NCBI GenBank assembly: GCA_964478715.1
Contig: CAYZIY010000003.1
Coordinates: 84,661 to 148,660, forward strand
Length of the DNA stretch: 64,000 nucleotides
Source: an uncultured Planctomycetales bacterium
GTDB lineage: Bacteria; Omnitrophota; Gorgyraeia; Zapsychrales; JBDRMG01
Reading direction: 5' to 3'
Position 1 is the stretch's first letter. Each line of letters opens with the position of its first letter. The position numbers and the translations under genes were made by a program. Below, piece by piece: positions 38,588 to 47,893 of the stretch. The notes beneath the pieces were generated by a model that had not been told where the DNA came from, searched no databases, and saw only the letters and a program-made list of their open reading frames with translations.

Positions 38588-39589
38588 ATGATTATTTCCC
38601 GCACGCCGTTTCGGATTTCTTTTTTTGGGGGAGGAACGGATTATCCTAAATGGTATGAAAAAAACAAAGGCGCGGTTTTGGCGACGACGATTGATAAATA
38701 TTGCTACATTACCTGCCGTTATCTTCCGCCGTTTTTCAAACATAAATCGCGGATCGCTTACTCGAAAATTGAATTAGTAAAAAATTTTAATGAGATTGAC
38801 CACCCTTCGGCGCGCGAGGTTTTAAAGTTTTTAAAAATTAAGCAAGGCGTGGAAATCCATCATGACGGTGACCTTCCGGCGCGAACAGGCTTGGGCTCAA
38901 GCTCGTCTTTTACTGTTGGATTGCTCAACGCACTTTATGCCTTGAAAGGCTATATGCCAACCAAAGAAAAGCTGACCGAAGAGGCGATCTATATTGAGCA
39001 GGAAAAATGCAAAGAGAATGTGGGTTGCCAGGATCAGGCGCTGGCGGCGCATGGCGGCTTTAATCATATTGAATTTGGTGGCGTGAACCATTTGAATGTT
39101 CGACGAGTTACTCTTTCGAGGGATAAACTGATTAAACTTCAAGATCATCTGATGATGTTTTTTACCGGGTTTTCGCGTACGGCCAGTCAAGTGGCGAAAC
39201 ATCAGATCCAAAATATTCCCAAGAAGAAAAATGAGCTGAAGAAGATACAACAAATGGTCCCCGAGGCCTTGAAAATTTTAAATAGTAAGCGGATTAACAA
39301 TTTCGGTAAGCTGCTTCACGAGTCCTGGATGATCAAAAGACAATTGTCTAGCAAGATCACAACAGATTATGTGGATGAGATCTATCAGGCGGCCAGAATC
39401 GCCGGGGCCTTGGGAGGAAAACTGCTTGGGGCCGGAGGGGGAGGTTTCGTCCTTATTTTTGCTGAGCCAAAACATCAGAAAAAAATACGCCAGAAATTGA
39501 AGAAACTTTTGGAAGTTCCTTTCCGCTTTGAAGATTTAGGTAGCCAAATCATTTTCTATCAACCTTTCACAGGCGTTGTTCAAAGTTAA
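38588..39589 (+). CDS. hddA: D-glycero-D-manno-heptose 7-phosphate kinase (GHMP family)
   Basis: PFRISFFGGGTD, PARTGLGSSS, GCQDQ, GKLLGAGGGG. Confidence 0.85.
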   Translation: MIISRTPFRISFFGGGTDYPKWYEKNKGAVLATTIDKYCYITCRYLPPFFKHKSRIAYSKIELVKNFNEIDHPSAREVLKFLKIKQGVEIHHDGDLPARTGLGSSSSFTVGLLNALYALKGYMPTKEKLTEEAIYIEQEKCKENVGCQDQALAAHGGFNHIEFGGVNHLNVRRVTLSRDKLIKLQDHLMMFFTGFSRTASQVAKHQIQNIPKKKNELKKIQQMVPEALKILNSKRINNFGKLLHESWMIKRQLSSKITTDYVDEIYQAARIAGALGGKLLGAGGGGFVLIFAEPKHQKKIRQKLKKLLEVPFRFEDLGSQIIFYQPFTGVVQS

Positions 39590-39591
39590 AG

Positions 39592-40302
39592 ATGAATAAT
39601 CTTTATGAAAAAGATATTTATATTTTATGCGGGGGATTAGGAAAACGCTTGCGAAAAGAGGTGAGTGATGTCCCCAAAGTGCTTGCCGATATTAAGGGAG
39701 TCCCGTTTTTAAAAATCCTTTTGAGATATTTAGAACAGCAGGGATTTAAACAGATAGTTCTGGGCATAGGATACAAGGGGGAAATGATTGTTGATTTTTG
39801 CAAAAATAATTTTTCTCACCTGGATATCCATTTTTCAAAAGAAGAGACGCCTCTGGGGACGGGTGGGGCCCTTAAATTTGCCAGACCTTTTATTAAGAGT
39901 GAACCTTTCTTTGCTTTAAACGGGGATTGTTTCTGCCGATTTGATTACCCATCGCTTTTTCGATTTCATCAAGAAAAAAGCGCGCAGGCAACACTGGCGG
40001 TTTATCGGTTGCCAGAGAAAAAAGATTTTGGATCGATTACGCTTGATGAAAATAATCAGATCCTTAATTTCAGTGAAAAAAGCGTGGATCAAGCAACACA
40101 ATTTGCCAGCGTCGGTATCTATTGTTTTAATCAAAGCGTTTTTGATCTGATGCCGCAGGCAGAGGCTTTCTCGATTGAGACAGATTTTTTTCCCACACTA
40201 GTCGGAAAAGATTTCTATGGCTTTGAAACAAAAGAAGAGTTTATCGATATCGGAACACCTGATCGATACAAAATCGCTCAGAATTTTTTAGATAAGGAGT
40301 AA
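39592..40302 (+). CDS. hddC: Heptose-1-phosphate guanylyltransferase-like nucleotidyltransferase
   Basis: LCGGLGKRL, PK, PLGTGGA, NGD, FIDIGTP; adjacent to hddA. Confidence 0.78.
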   Translation: MNNLYEKDIYILCGGLGKRLRKEVSDVPKVLADIKGVPFLKILLRYLEQQGFKQIVLGIGYKGEMIVDFCKNNFSHLDIHFSKEETPLGTGGALKFARPFIKSEPFFALNGDCFCRFDYPSLFRFHQEKSAQATLAVYRLPEKKDFGSITLDENNQILNFSEKSVDQATQFASVGIYCFNQSVFDLMPQAEAFSIETDFFPTLVGKDFYGFETKEEFIDIGTPDRYKIAQNFLDKE

Positions 40303-40306
40303 ACAA

Positions 40307-41515
40307 GTGCTGCCAAAAATGAAAGTTCCATTTGGAGCTATCACCATTACCCAAGAAGCCAAAGATCTGATCCGGCAGGCGTTGGAGACTCAGAGGGTTT
40401 CTTCCGGTAAATATGTTCGTCAATTCGAAGACGAGTTTGCAAAGCTTGTTGGAGTCAAAGAAGCTGTCGCTGTCAGCAGCGGGACCGATGCGGATATTCT
40501 TGCTTTGGCCGCTCTTTATGATTTGGGAGCTAAACGGGGAGATGAAGTGATTGTGTCGGCGCTTTCCTTTGTCGCAACAGGCAATGCCGTTTTGCATGCC
40601 GGTTTCACTCCCGCTTTTGTAGATATTAAGAAAGACACTCTCAATATCGATTCTGATCAAATTGAGAAGGTGATCACAAAAAAAACAAAAGCTATTATGC
40701 CTGTGCATTTGATGGGCAAACCGGCACAGATGGATGTGATTAATGAAATAGCCAGAAAGCATAATCTCTTTGTGATCGAAGACGCGGCCGAAGCTCATGG
40801 TGCTGTTTATAAAGAAAAAAACGTCGGCCAGTGGTCCGATATGGCGGCCTACAGTACTTATGTGGCTCACATTATCACAACCGTTGAAGGCGGAATTGTG
40901 ACAACAGATCGAGAGGATCTGGCGGAGATATTGAGATCTCTTCGGGCGCACGGTCGATCCTGCAAGTGTAAAGTGTGTGTGGTTAATACCAATTCAGGTT
41001 ATTGTGAAAAGAGATTTGCCCAAGGAAAAGATATCCGATTTATTTTTGAGCGGATTGGATATTCAGCCAAGATGAACGAATTGGAAGCGGCGATTGGTTT
41101 AGGGAGCTTGAAGCTTTATAACGAAATTATTGAGAAGCGAAGACACAATCTTCTGACGATGATTGAAAAGCTAAAGGAATTTGAAGAATTTCTCTTTTCG
41201 ATTGAAGAAGAAGAACATGAGCGAATCGGGCCGCATGCCCTTCCCATCATTGTTAGAGAAGGCGCCCCCTTTACCCGTAACGAACTTGTAACCCATCTTG
41301 AAGCCAATGGGATTGATTCGCGTGATCTTTTTGCGTCCATGCCGACCCAGTGTCCGGGATTTTCTTTTCTCAATTATAAACTTGGCGACTTTCCCAATGC
41401 CGAGTATATGGGTAATCACGGAATCCATATCGGTGTCCATCAGGATTTGACCGACAAGCATATTGATTATGTGATGGATACAATAAGAGATTTTATCAAA
41501 TCCAAGAACGCTTAA
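40307..41515 (+). CDS. DegT-fold PMP-dependent NDP-4-keto-sugar 3-dehydrase (E1/RfbH-like)
   Basis: STYVAHIITTVEGG has His at the usual Schiff-base Lys position; Cys cluster GRSCKCKVC...YCEKRF. Confidence 0.8.
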   Translation: MLPKMKVPFGAITITQEAKDLIRQALETQRVSSGKYVRQFEDEFAKLVGVKEAVAVSSGTDADILALAALYDLGAKRGDEVIVSALSFVATGNAVLHAGFTPAFVDIKKDTLNIDSDQIEKVITKKTKAIMPVHLMGKPAQMDVINEIARKHNLFVIEDAAEAHGAVYKEKNVGQWSDMAAYSTYVAHIITTVEGGIVTTDREDLAEILRSLRAHGRSCKCKVCVVNTNSGYCEKRFAQGKDIRFIFERIGYSAKMNELEAAIGLGSLKLYNEIIEKRRHNLLTMIEKLKEFEEFLFSIEEEEHERIGPHALPIIVREGAPFTRNELVTHLEANGIDSRDLFASMPTQCPGFSFLNYKLGDFPNAEYMGNHGIHIGVHQDLTDKHIDYVMDTIRDFIKSKNA

Positions 41516-41520
41516 ACCGT

Positions 41521-42633
41521 ATGCGTATTGCCATCAATTGCCGGTCCTTTCTAAAAAAACAATACGCCGGCATAGGACGCTATACCTATAATCTGGTTCA
41601 GTCTTTAGCTGAAATCGATAAGCAAAACCAATATTTTCTTTATGCGAAAAAGGGACTCTTTGATTTTAAAAAGAGCTTGCCTAAACCTCCGGCCCAAAAT
41701 TTTTCACTCAAATGGGATTTCTTAAATAGAGGACTTCAGAAAACTTTAAAGAAAATGGACATTTATCATGCGCCCAGTTTGGAAAATATGGACATCCATG
41801 GACCACGGATTATTGTAACGGTGCATGATCTGGTGTATAAAAAATTTCCGGCCGGCCATACGGCTGAGACAATCGAAACAACTAGAAAACAACTGCACCA
41901 AATTACTCGGCGTGCGGATCATATCATATGTTGCTCGCAAAGCACCAAAGAAGATCTGCTTGAATCATTCGATTTTCCTGAGAGTCATGTCACCGTGATT
42001 CATCAGGGAGTCGATAGAAGTGTTTTTTATCCTCTTTGTGATGAGGAAAGAAATAAAGCAGCAGAAGATTTAAAGCAATGGGGCATTGAACAGCCTTTTT
42101 TATTTTTTGTGGGAACCAGTGAGCCCAGAAAGAATTTAGAAAATACTTTGCGGGCCTTTGCGCTTTTGAAATCGGATCAGCAATTTAGCGGCAAGCTTGT
42201 GATCGCCGGGATGAAAGGCTGGATGAAAGAAAGTAATGAAGAATTAGCCAAACGCTTGAATCTTAAAGACGATATTGTTTATTGCGGCTATATCAGCGAT
42301 TCGACATTGCGGGCATTGTATAATCTGTGTGAAGTTTTTGTCTTTCCGTCATTTTACGAAGGATTTGGGTTTCCTATTCTTGAGGCCTTTTGCTGCGGGG
42401 CTCCGGTTGTGACATCGAATTCATCATCCTGCGCGGAAGTGGCAGGGGATGCGGCAGTGCTTGTGGATTCCTATGATCCGGGGAAAATTGCTCAGGCTAT
42501 TGAAGAAATTATCAAAGATGATGGTCGCAGGGATTTATTATCCAGAAAAGGCTTCAAAAGATCAAGAAATTTTTCTTTCTTAAAAACGGCTCAGGAAACA
42601 TTTAAAGTTTATAGCGCTACTTTTAATCGATAA
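41521..42633 (+). CDS. Glycosyltransferase family 4
   Basis: TVHDL, EPRKN, FPSFYEGFGFPILEA. Confidence 0.94.
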   Translation: MRIAINCRSFLKKQYAGIGRYTYNLVQSLAEIDKQNQYFLYAKKGLFDFKKSLPKPPAQNFSLKWDFLNRGLQKTLKKMDIYHAPSLENMDIHGPRIIVTVHDLVYKKFPAGHTAETIETTRKQLHQITRRADHIICCSQSTKEDLLESFDFPESHVTVIHQGVDRSVFYPLCDEERNKAAEDLKQWGIEQPFLFFVGTSEPRKNLENTLRAFALLKSDQQFSGKLVIAGMKGWMKESNEELAKRLNLKDDIVYCGYISDSTLRALYNLCEVFVFPSFYEGFGFPILEAFCCGAPVVTSNSSSCAEVAGDAAVLVDSYDPGKIAQAIEEIIKDDGRRDLLSRKGFKRSRNFSFLKTAQETFKVYSATFNR

Positions 42634-42795
42634 GACAAATGAGAAGAAGAGTGGAGTGCTAAATATATTTTTAGTGTTAAGAGAATCTATTAGTGTTTAC
42701 AAGGTCTAAATTTTTATTCCAGAAATTGATTCATTTTATCCCCAGTCAAGAAGGTATCTAAATGGAGAAATCATTTTTCGCAGGAAGGAAAGTAT

Positions 42796-43617
42796 ATGAA
42801 CGCAGAAGGTGACATAACAGCTGTTATTATAACAAAAAATGAAGAAAGCAAAATACGAGCTTGTTTGGATCAAGTTACAAAACTCACAAAAGAAATAATT
42901 ATCGTTGACGACGAATCTACAGATCAAACGCGAGAAATTGCTCAAGATGAATACGGAGCTCTTGTGATTGTTAGTCGTTCAAATGATTGGTTAGCGCGCC
43001 AACGGAATATCGGCGCCGAACAAGTAAAAACCCAATGGTTTGTGTCAATCGATGCTGATGAAATTTTGACTAATGAATCAATCTTAAGGATAAGACAGGC
43101 GCTTAATTCGGCTGATAAGAATGTAGGAGCTTTTAAAGTTAAACGGCTAAATTATTTTTTTGGAAAACCAATTTATCATGCAGGCGCCTTCCACTCTCTT
43201 GTAAAGATATTTCGCAAAGAATGTCGAGACAAGGAAAAAGTTCAACATGAAAACTGGACCATCAAGGGAAACGTTCAGGATATTGATACAGTTTTTGAAC
43301 ACCATCCATTTTCTTCAATGGAGAAAATATTTAAACGCGAGATACGTTATACAAAAAGAGAGGGCCGTGCCTATGTCGACACTAGAGACAAAATTACTTT
43401 TCAAGAAATAAAAAAAGGCTTATTCATCAAAACACTAAAGGCTTTTTGGAAAGCTTATATCAAAAAGCGTGGTCGTAAGGATGGAATGCACGGGTTTATG
43501 TTTTGTTTTATTCATCATGTCTTGAGACCAGCTATGCGCTGGTGTTTTATATGGGAGGAAAGCATCAGGCAGAATAAGCTCGATCAACAAAGACAAGATA
43601 AACGATTGAAAAAATAG
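42796..43617 (+). CDS. Glycosyltransferase family 2 (WaaE/KdtX-like)
   Basis: IITKNEE, VDDESTD, QRN, DADE, HE, GRKDG. Confidence 0.9.
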   Translation: MNAEGDITAVIITKNEESKIRACLDQVTKLTKEIIIVDDESTDQTREIAQDEYGALVIVSRSNDWLARQRNIGAEQVKTQWFVSIDADEILTNESILRIRQALNSADKNVGAFKVKRLNYFFGKPIYHAGAFHSLVKIFRKECRDKEKVQHENWTIKGNVQDIDTVFEHHPFSSMEKIFKREIRYTKREGRAYVDTRDKITFQEIKKGLFIKTLKAFWKAYIKKRGRKDGMHGFMFCFIHHVLRPAMRWCFIWEESIRQNKLDQQRQDKRLKK

Positions 43618-43697
43618 ACTAAAAATTTGATACGACACAAATTTAATTTATAAATAGAAGTGGAAGAAAGCAGTCTTTTATCGATAACCTTTTTTTA

Positions 43698-44876
43698 TTG
43701 AAATCAGAGCATATGATAATAACTAATTTAAAGAGAGAACATAGGATAGTCAAGAGGCCGCGCAAATATAAATTTAAGGGTTATTCTGAGATCCGAGCAA
43801 GCCGCAAACAGAGGTTGTACCAGCTGTTTAAATTATTTTATAAGTTGGCTGGAAAATCTAAGGAAATGGATAGCATTTTCCGAATCGAAAAGTTTTCACG
43901 TATGCTGCATCCGCTTCATTTTTCACAGAAGAATGTTAATGAAAATCAAAAAACAAAGTTTTTTCAAAGTCAGCTTTTGGGGATTGAAATCGAGACTCAC
44001 GCTTACTGCAACAGGCGCTGCTGGTTCTGCCCTAACGCCTTTTTGAACCGGTTGGATAAGACACAATTGATGCCGAAAGAAATTTATGAAAAAGTGATTG
44101 ATGAACTTGCCAACATTGACTTTAGGGGTGAAGTGAAAATGCAACGCTATAATGAGCCTTTGGCTCTTGATTTAATTTACGAGCGTATTGAGTATACGCG
44201 CAAAAAATTACCCTACGCCGATATTGGCATGCATACCAATGGAGATTATCTGAATTCTCAAACCTTGAAGAAGCTGGATGAGGCAGGTTTGGATCACCTA
44301 TTTGTTTCGCTTTATCTTGATTATCGAGGGGATCGAGAGGTAATCAAGCAATCTGCGGAGCAAGCTTGTCTTGATTTCTTGAGTAAACTGAAAATCCAAG
44401 AGTATTCGGTATCCAATCAAGAAGGATTGGCACGCTATAAGTTTTGTCTCAACAATCTAAAGGTTTTAATCTTTGCCTTTGATCTCGAAAAAGACGGATC
44501 TGATCGCGGGGGAAGTCTCCAGGTAATGTCCAGGGACATCAGATATTCTCCTTGTATGAGTCCTTTTGTGCGATTGTTTATCGACTGGACTGGAGATGTC
44601 TTTCCCTGTTGTAATTTAAGACACGACTTTCAAGGACACAGTGAATACATTATGGGAAATGTAAAAAATCAAAGTCTTCAGGAAATTTATTTCTCAAAGC
44701 AGGCGAATTACATGAGGCGTCATTTAGCAGATATTAGCGAGAAAGAAGGTGTTTGTCATACGTGTGCCTTTGATGTCATGTGCTCCAGTTCAAAGGCCAA
44801 GTCAATTCTCAACCCAGTGGTTTTTCGCATCGATTCACTCCTTGCTTTGCGGGATGGCAAATATGATGAAAGTTAG
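43698..44876 (+). CDS. Radical SAM protein with SPASM/twitch domain (start uncertain)
   Basis: CNRRCWFC, NEPL, TNG; C-terminal C..PF...GDVFPCC...CHTC. Confidence 0.88.
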   Translation: MKSEHMIITNLKREHRIVKRPRKYKFKGYSEIRASRKQRLYQLFKLFYKLAGKSKEMDSIFRIEKFSRMLHPLHFSQKNVNENQKTKFFQSQLLGIEIETHAYCNRRCWFCPNAFLNRLDKTQLMPKEIYEKVIDELANIDFRGEVKMQRYNEPLALDLIYERIEYTRKKLPYADIGMHTNGDYLNSQTLKKLDEAGLDHLFVSLYLDYRGDREVIKQSAEQACLDFLSKLKIQEYSVSNQEGLARYKFCLNNLKVLIFAFDLEKDGSDRGGSLQVMSRDIRYSPCMSPFVRLFIDWTGDVFPCCNLRHDFQGHSEYIMGNVKNQSLQEIYFSKQANYMRRHLADISEKEGVCHTCAFDVMCSSSKAKSILNPVVFRIDSLLALRDGKYDES

Positions 44877-45711
44877 CGGATTTACTATAGCCCGTAATGC
44901 GATCAAGCTTCGCTATCCGATTATCGAATCGATTACATCCATTCTGCCGATTGTTGATGAATTTATCATTTGTGTAGGAGACAGTGAAGATGAAACATTG
45001 GCAACAATTCGAAGTATAAAAAGTCCAAAAATCAGAATTATTCAATCTCGTTGGGATTTTACGCAAAAGGAGGAAGTGCTGTCTCAACAAACGAATATCG
45101 CTTTAAAAGAATGTGCGGGTGACTGGGCTTTTTATCTTCAAAGCGATGAAGTGATCCACGAGTTTGATTTGCCAAAAATTCATTATTACATGAAGCATTA
45201 TCATGCCAAAAGAGAGGTTGATGCCCTGAGATTTTATTGGCTTCATTTTTATGGCAGCCATTATCGGTATCGTATTGATGCCGGCTGGTATCAAAAACAG
45301 GATCGTATTATCCGCAATGATGGCTCCATTGAGTCATACGGAGACGCCTATGCTTTTCGCAGGAAAGACGGGGAGTCCCTGAGAACACGTAAAACAGGTT
45401 GCTTTGTTTACCACTATGGATGGGTTTTTTCGCCTGAGCAAATGGCCCACAGGCGTGTTAACGCGGGAAAAATATGGCATGTCGATCGCTCTGATATTGA
45501 ACAAGCCGGGCGTTATGAATTCGGAGATTTAGATCAATTGCCTGTCTATTTCGGAAGTCATCCTTCTGTTATGCAGAGAAGGATTCAAGAACATCTACTT
45601 AGCAATGAAGATTGGCGTAAGATTTCACGAAAATATTGGTGGCATCCCGCTAGAATCCTAAGATTACGGTACAAAACACCCAAAAGGTTAAAAAAGGCGT
45701 TTTTTAAGTAA
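44863..45711 (+). CDS. GT-A fold glycosyltransferase (GT2-like)
   Basis: KVSGFTIARNA, DSEDET, LQSDE, YHYGWV. Confidence 0.85.
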   Translation: MMKVSGFTIARNAIKLRYPIIESITSILPIVDEFIICVGDSEDETLATIRSIKSPKIRIIQSRWDFTQKEEVLSQQTNIALKECAGDWAFYLQSDEVIHEFDLPKIHYYMKHYHAKREVDALRFYWLHFYGSHYRYRIDAGWYQKQDRIIRNDGSIESYGDAYAFRRKDGESLRTRKTGCFVYHYGWVFSPEQMAHRRVNAGKIWHVDRSDIEQAGRYEFGDLDQLPVYFGSHPSVMQRRIQEHLLSNEDWRKISRKYWWHPARILRLRYKTPKRLKKAFFK

Positions 45712-45713
45712 GC

Positions 45714-46787
45714 ATGAGTGTCAATAATCTTTCTTCCTTTAAACGAATCCTGATTATCAATATTTTCGGCATAGGCGATGTACTTTTTACCACACCTTTG
45801 ATCAGTAATATTAAAAGAAAATTTCCGAAAAGCTTTATTGGATATCTCTGCAATAAACGAACTCAACCGTTTTTGAAACATCACCCCCGAATTGATCGCA
45901 TTTTTGTTTACGAGAAAGACGATTATCGTCAAATTTTCAAAAAATCTAAAATCAAATTCCTCAAGAAGATACGGGAAGCGCTTACGGAAATTAAAAGAGA
46001 AAATATTGATATTGTGATTGATGTTTCTCTCAACGGGATGGTGAGTTTTCTGATGATGATTTGCGGTATCAAAGAAAGAGTCGGCTTTAACTACAAGAAC
46101 CGCAGCCTTTTTTTAACGCAGAAAATTCCCCTTAAAGGCTATGAGGGAAAACATGTGGTTGAGCATTATCTGGATTTACTGAAAAGCATTGACATTGATC
46201 CAATTGAAAACAGGCTGGAGATTTTTATTCCTCCAGAAGATAAAAAATATGCTCAAGAGAAGCTTGGGGAAATCAAAGGTCGCAAGATCGCGATCGTTCC
46301 CGGAGGCGGAGCCAGTTGGGGAAAAGATGCGAGGTATAAGCGATTTCCCCTCGAAAAATACAGCGAATTAGTAGATAAAATGATTGAAAAGTACGACGCT
46401 AACGTTATACTGATGGGGGACAATGGGGAAGCCAGTCTTTGCCGGGGCATTTGGCAGTTGAAGCCTCAAAAAATTTTTGATCTCTCCGGTCAGACAACAA
46501 TCACCCAGATGGCGGCTGTTTTCAAACAGTGCCAGCTAGTGATTGTTAATGATGGCGGGCCCCTGCACGTTGCCGTGGCGGCCGGCGCGCGGACCATTTC
46601 CATTTTTGGGCCCGTCGATGAAAAAGTCTATGGACCCTATCCTCAAGATCAGCATGTGGTCGTAACCAAAGCGATTGCCTGCCGTCCTTGTTACAGAAGA
46701 TTTAAAAGGGTTGATTGTGATCATATCACCTGTTTAACCAAGCTTAATGTGCAAGAGATACTGAAAGAAGTAGAAAGGATATTATGA
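45714..46787 (+). CDS. Glycosyltransferase family 9 (heptosyltransferase-like)
   Basis: GIGDVLFTTP, HVVEHY, NDGGPLHVA, IFGP, CRPC. Confidence 0.93.
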   Translation: MSVNNLSSFKRILIINIFGIGDVLFTTPLISNIKRKFPKSFIGYLCNKRTQPFLKHHPRIDRIFVYEKDDYRQIFKKSKIKFLKKIREALTEIKRENIDIVIDVSLNGMVSFLMMICGIKERVGFNYKNRSLFLTQKIPLKGYEGKHVVEHYLDLLKSIDIDPIENRLEIFIPPEDKKYAQEKLGEIKGRKIAIVPGGGASWGKDARYKRFPLEKYSELVDKMIEKYDANVILMGDNGEASLCRGIWQLKPQKIFDLSGQTTITQMAAVFKQCQLVIVNDGGPLHVAVAAGARTISIFGPVDEKVYGPYPQDQHVVVTKAIACRPCYRRFKRVDCDHITCLTKLNVQEILKEVERIL

Positions 46788-47893
46788 AAGTCCCATTTAT
46801 TGATTTTTCAGGCCAGATTAAAGATGTGCGAGACGAAGTTGATGCTGGCATAAAGGGTGTTTTAGATCAGGGCAATTATATTTTAGGTCAGCCGGTAAAA
46901 GATTTTGAGGCTGAATTTGCCAAGTTTTGTGAATGTCAGTATGGCATTGGGGTTAATTCCGGTACAGATGCCCTTCACTTTGCCGTCAGAGCTCTGGATA
47001 TCCAAGAGGGCGATGAGGTCATCGTTCCGGCTTTTACCTACATCGCAAGCGCCTTAGGAATTTCTTACACAGGCGCTAAGCCGGTCTTTGTTGATATTGA
47101 AAGCGAAACATATAACCTGGATCCTGAAAAAATCGAAGCAGCCATTACCGATAAAACAAAAGCCATTATGGTAGTGCATCTTTATGGTCAAGCCGCCGAG
47201 ATGGATCCGATTCTTGCCATTGCAAAGAAGCATAATCTTGCTGTGATTGAAGATGCCGCCCAGGCTCATGGAGCACTTTACAATAACAAACGTGTTGGGT
47301 CATTTGGAGATATCAGCTGTTTTAGTTTTTATCCGACGAAAGGATTGGGAGCCTGCGGAGATGGCGGCATTGTTTGCACTAACAATGAGGAGCTTAAGAA
47401 AAAAGTCGAGATGTTTCGCGATTACGGGCGCATTGATCGTTATGAACATATGATTATCGGATACAACAGCCGATTAGATACGATGCAGGCTGTTATCCTT
47501 TCGGCAAAATTGAAACATTTGGATAAGTGGAACAAAATGAGAGCAGATGTGGCTGCCCAATATATCGATCAGCTTTCGGATGTTGATGCCGTTAAGACAC
47601 CCGTCACCAAAGACAACAGGACGCACACTTATCAGACGTTTGCCGTGGGCGTTCCCAAACGTGAAAGAGTTATGGAAAAACTTACAACCCGGCAAATCGG
47701 CAATTTAATTCACTATCCTATTCCCATTCACCTGCAGAAGGCTTACAAGGATTTGGGTTACAAAAAAGGTGATTTCCCGGTTTCTGAAAAGTTTGCGGAA
47801 CAGGAGCTATCTCTTCCCATATTTCCTCATATGAAAAAAGAACAAATTCAATATGTAACGAGCAACTTAAAGGAGCTTATCAGAAATGGATAA
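46784..47893 (+). CDS. DegT/DnrJ/EryC1/StrS sugar aminotransferase
   Basis: NSGTDAL, VHLYGQ, EDAAQAHG, SFYPTK (Lys retained), GYNSRLD. Confidence 0.94.
   Translation: MKVPFIDFSGQIKDVRDEVDAGIKGVLDQGNYILGQPVKDFEAEFAKFCECQYGIGVNSGTDALHFAVRALDIQEGDEVIVPAFTYIASALGISYTGAKPVFVDIESETYNLDPEKIEAAITDKTKAIMVVHLYGQAAEMDPILAIAKKHNLAVIEDAAQAHGALYNNKRVGSFGDISCFSFYPTKGLGACGDGGIVCTNNEELKKKVEMFRDYGRIDRYEHMIIGYNSRLDTMQAVILSAKLKHLDKWNKMRADVAAQYIDQLSDVDAVKTPVTKDNRTHTYQTFAVGVPKRERVMEKLTTRQIGNLIHYPIPIHLQKAYKDLGYKKGDFPVSEKFAEQELSLPIFPHMKKEQIQYVTSNLKELIRNG

Noticed and set aside
40241-40951. 236-aa reverse-strand ORF
   Set aside because: Antisense shadow of the DegT-fold gene; typical non-coding mirror frame.
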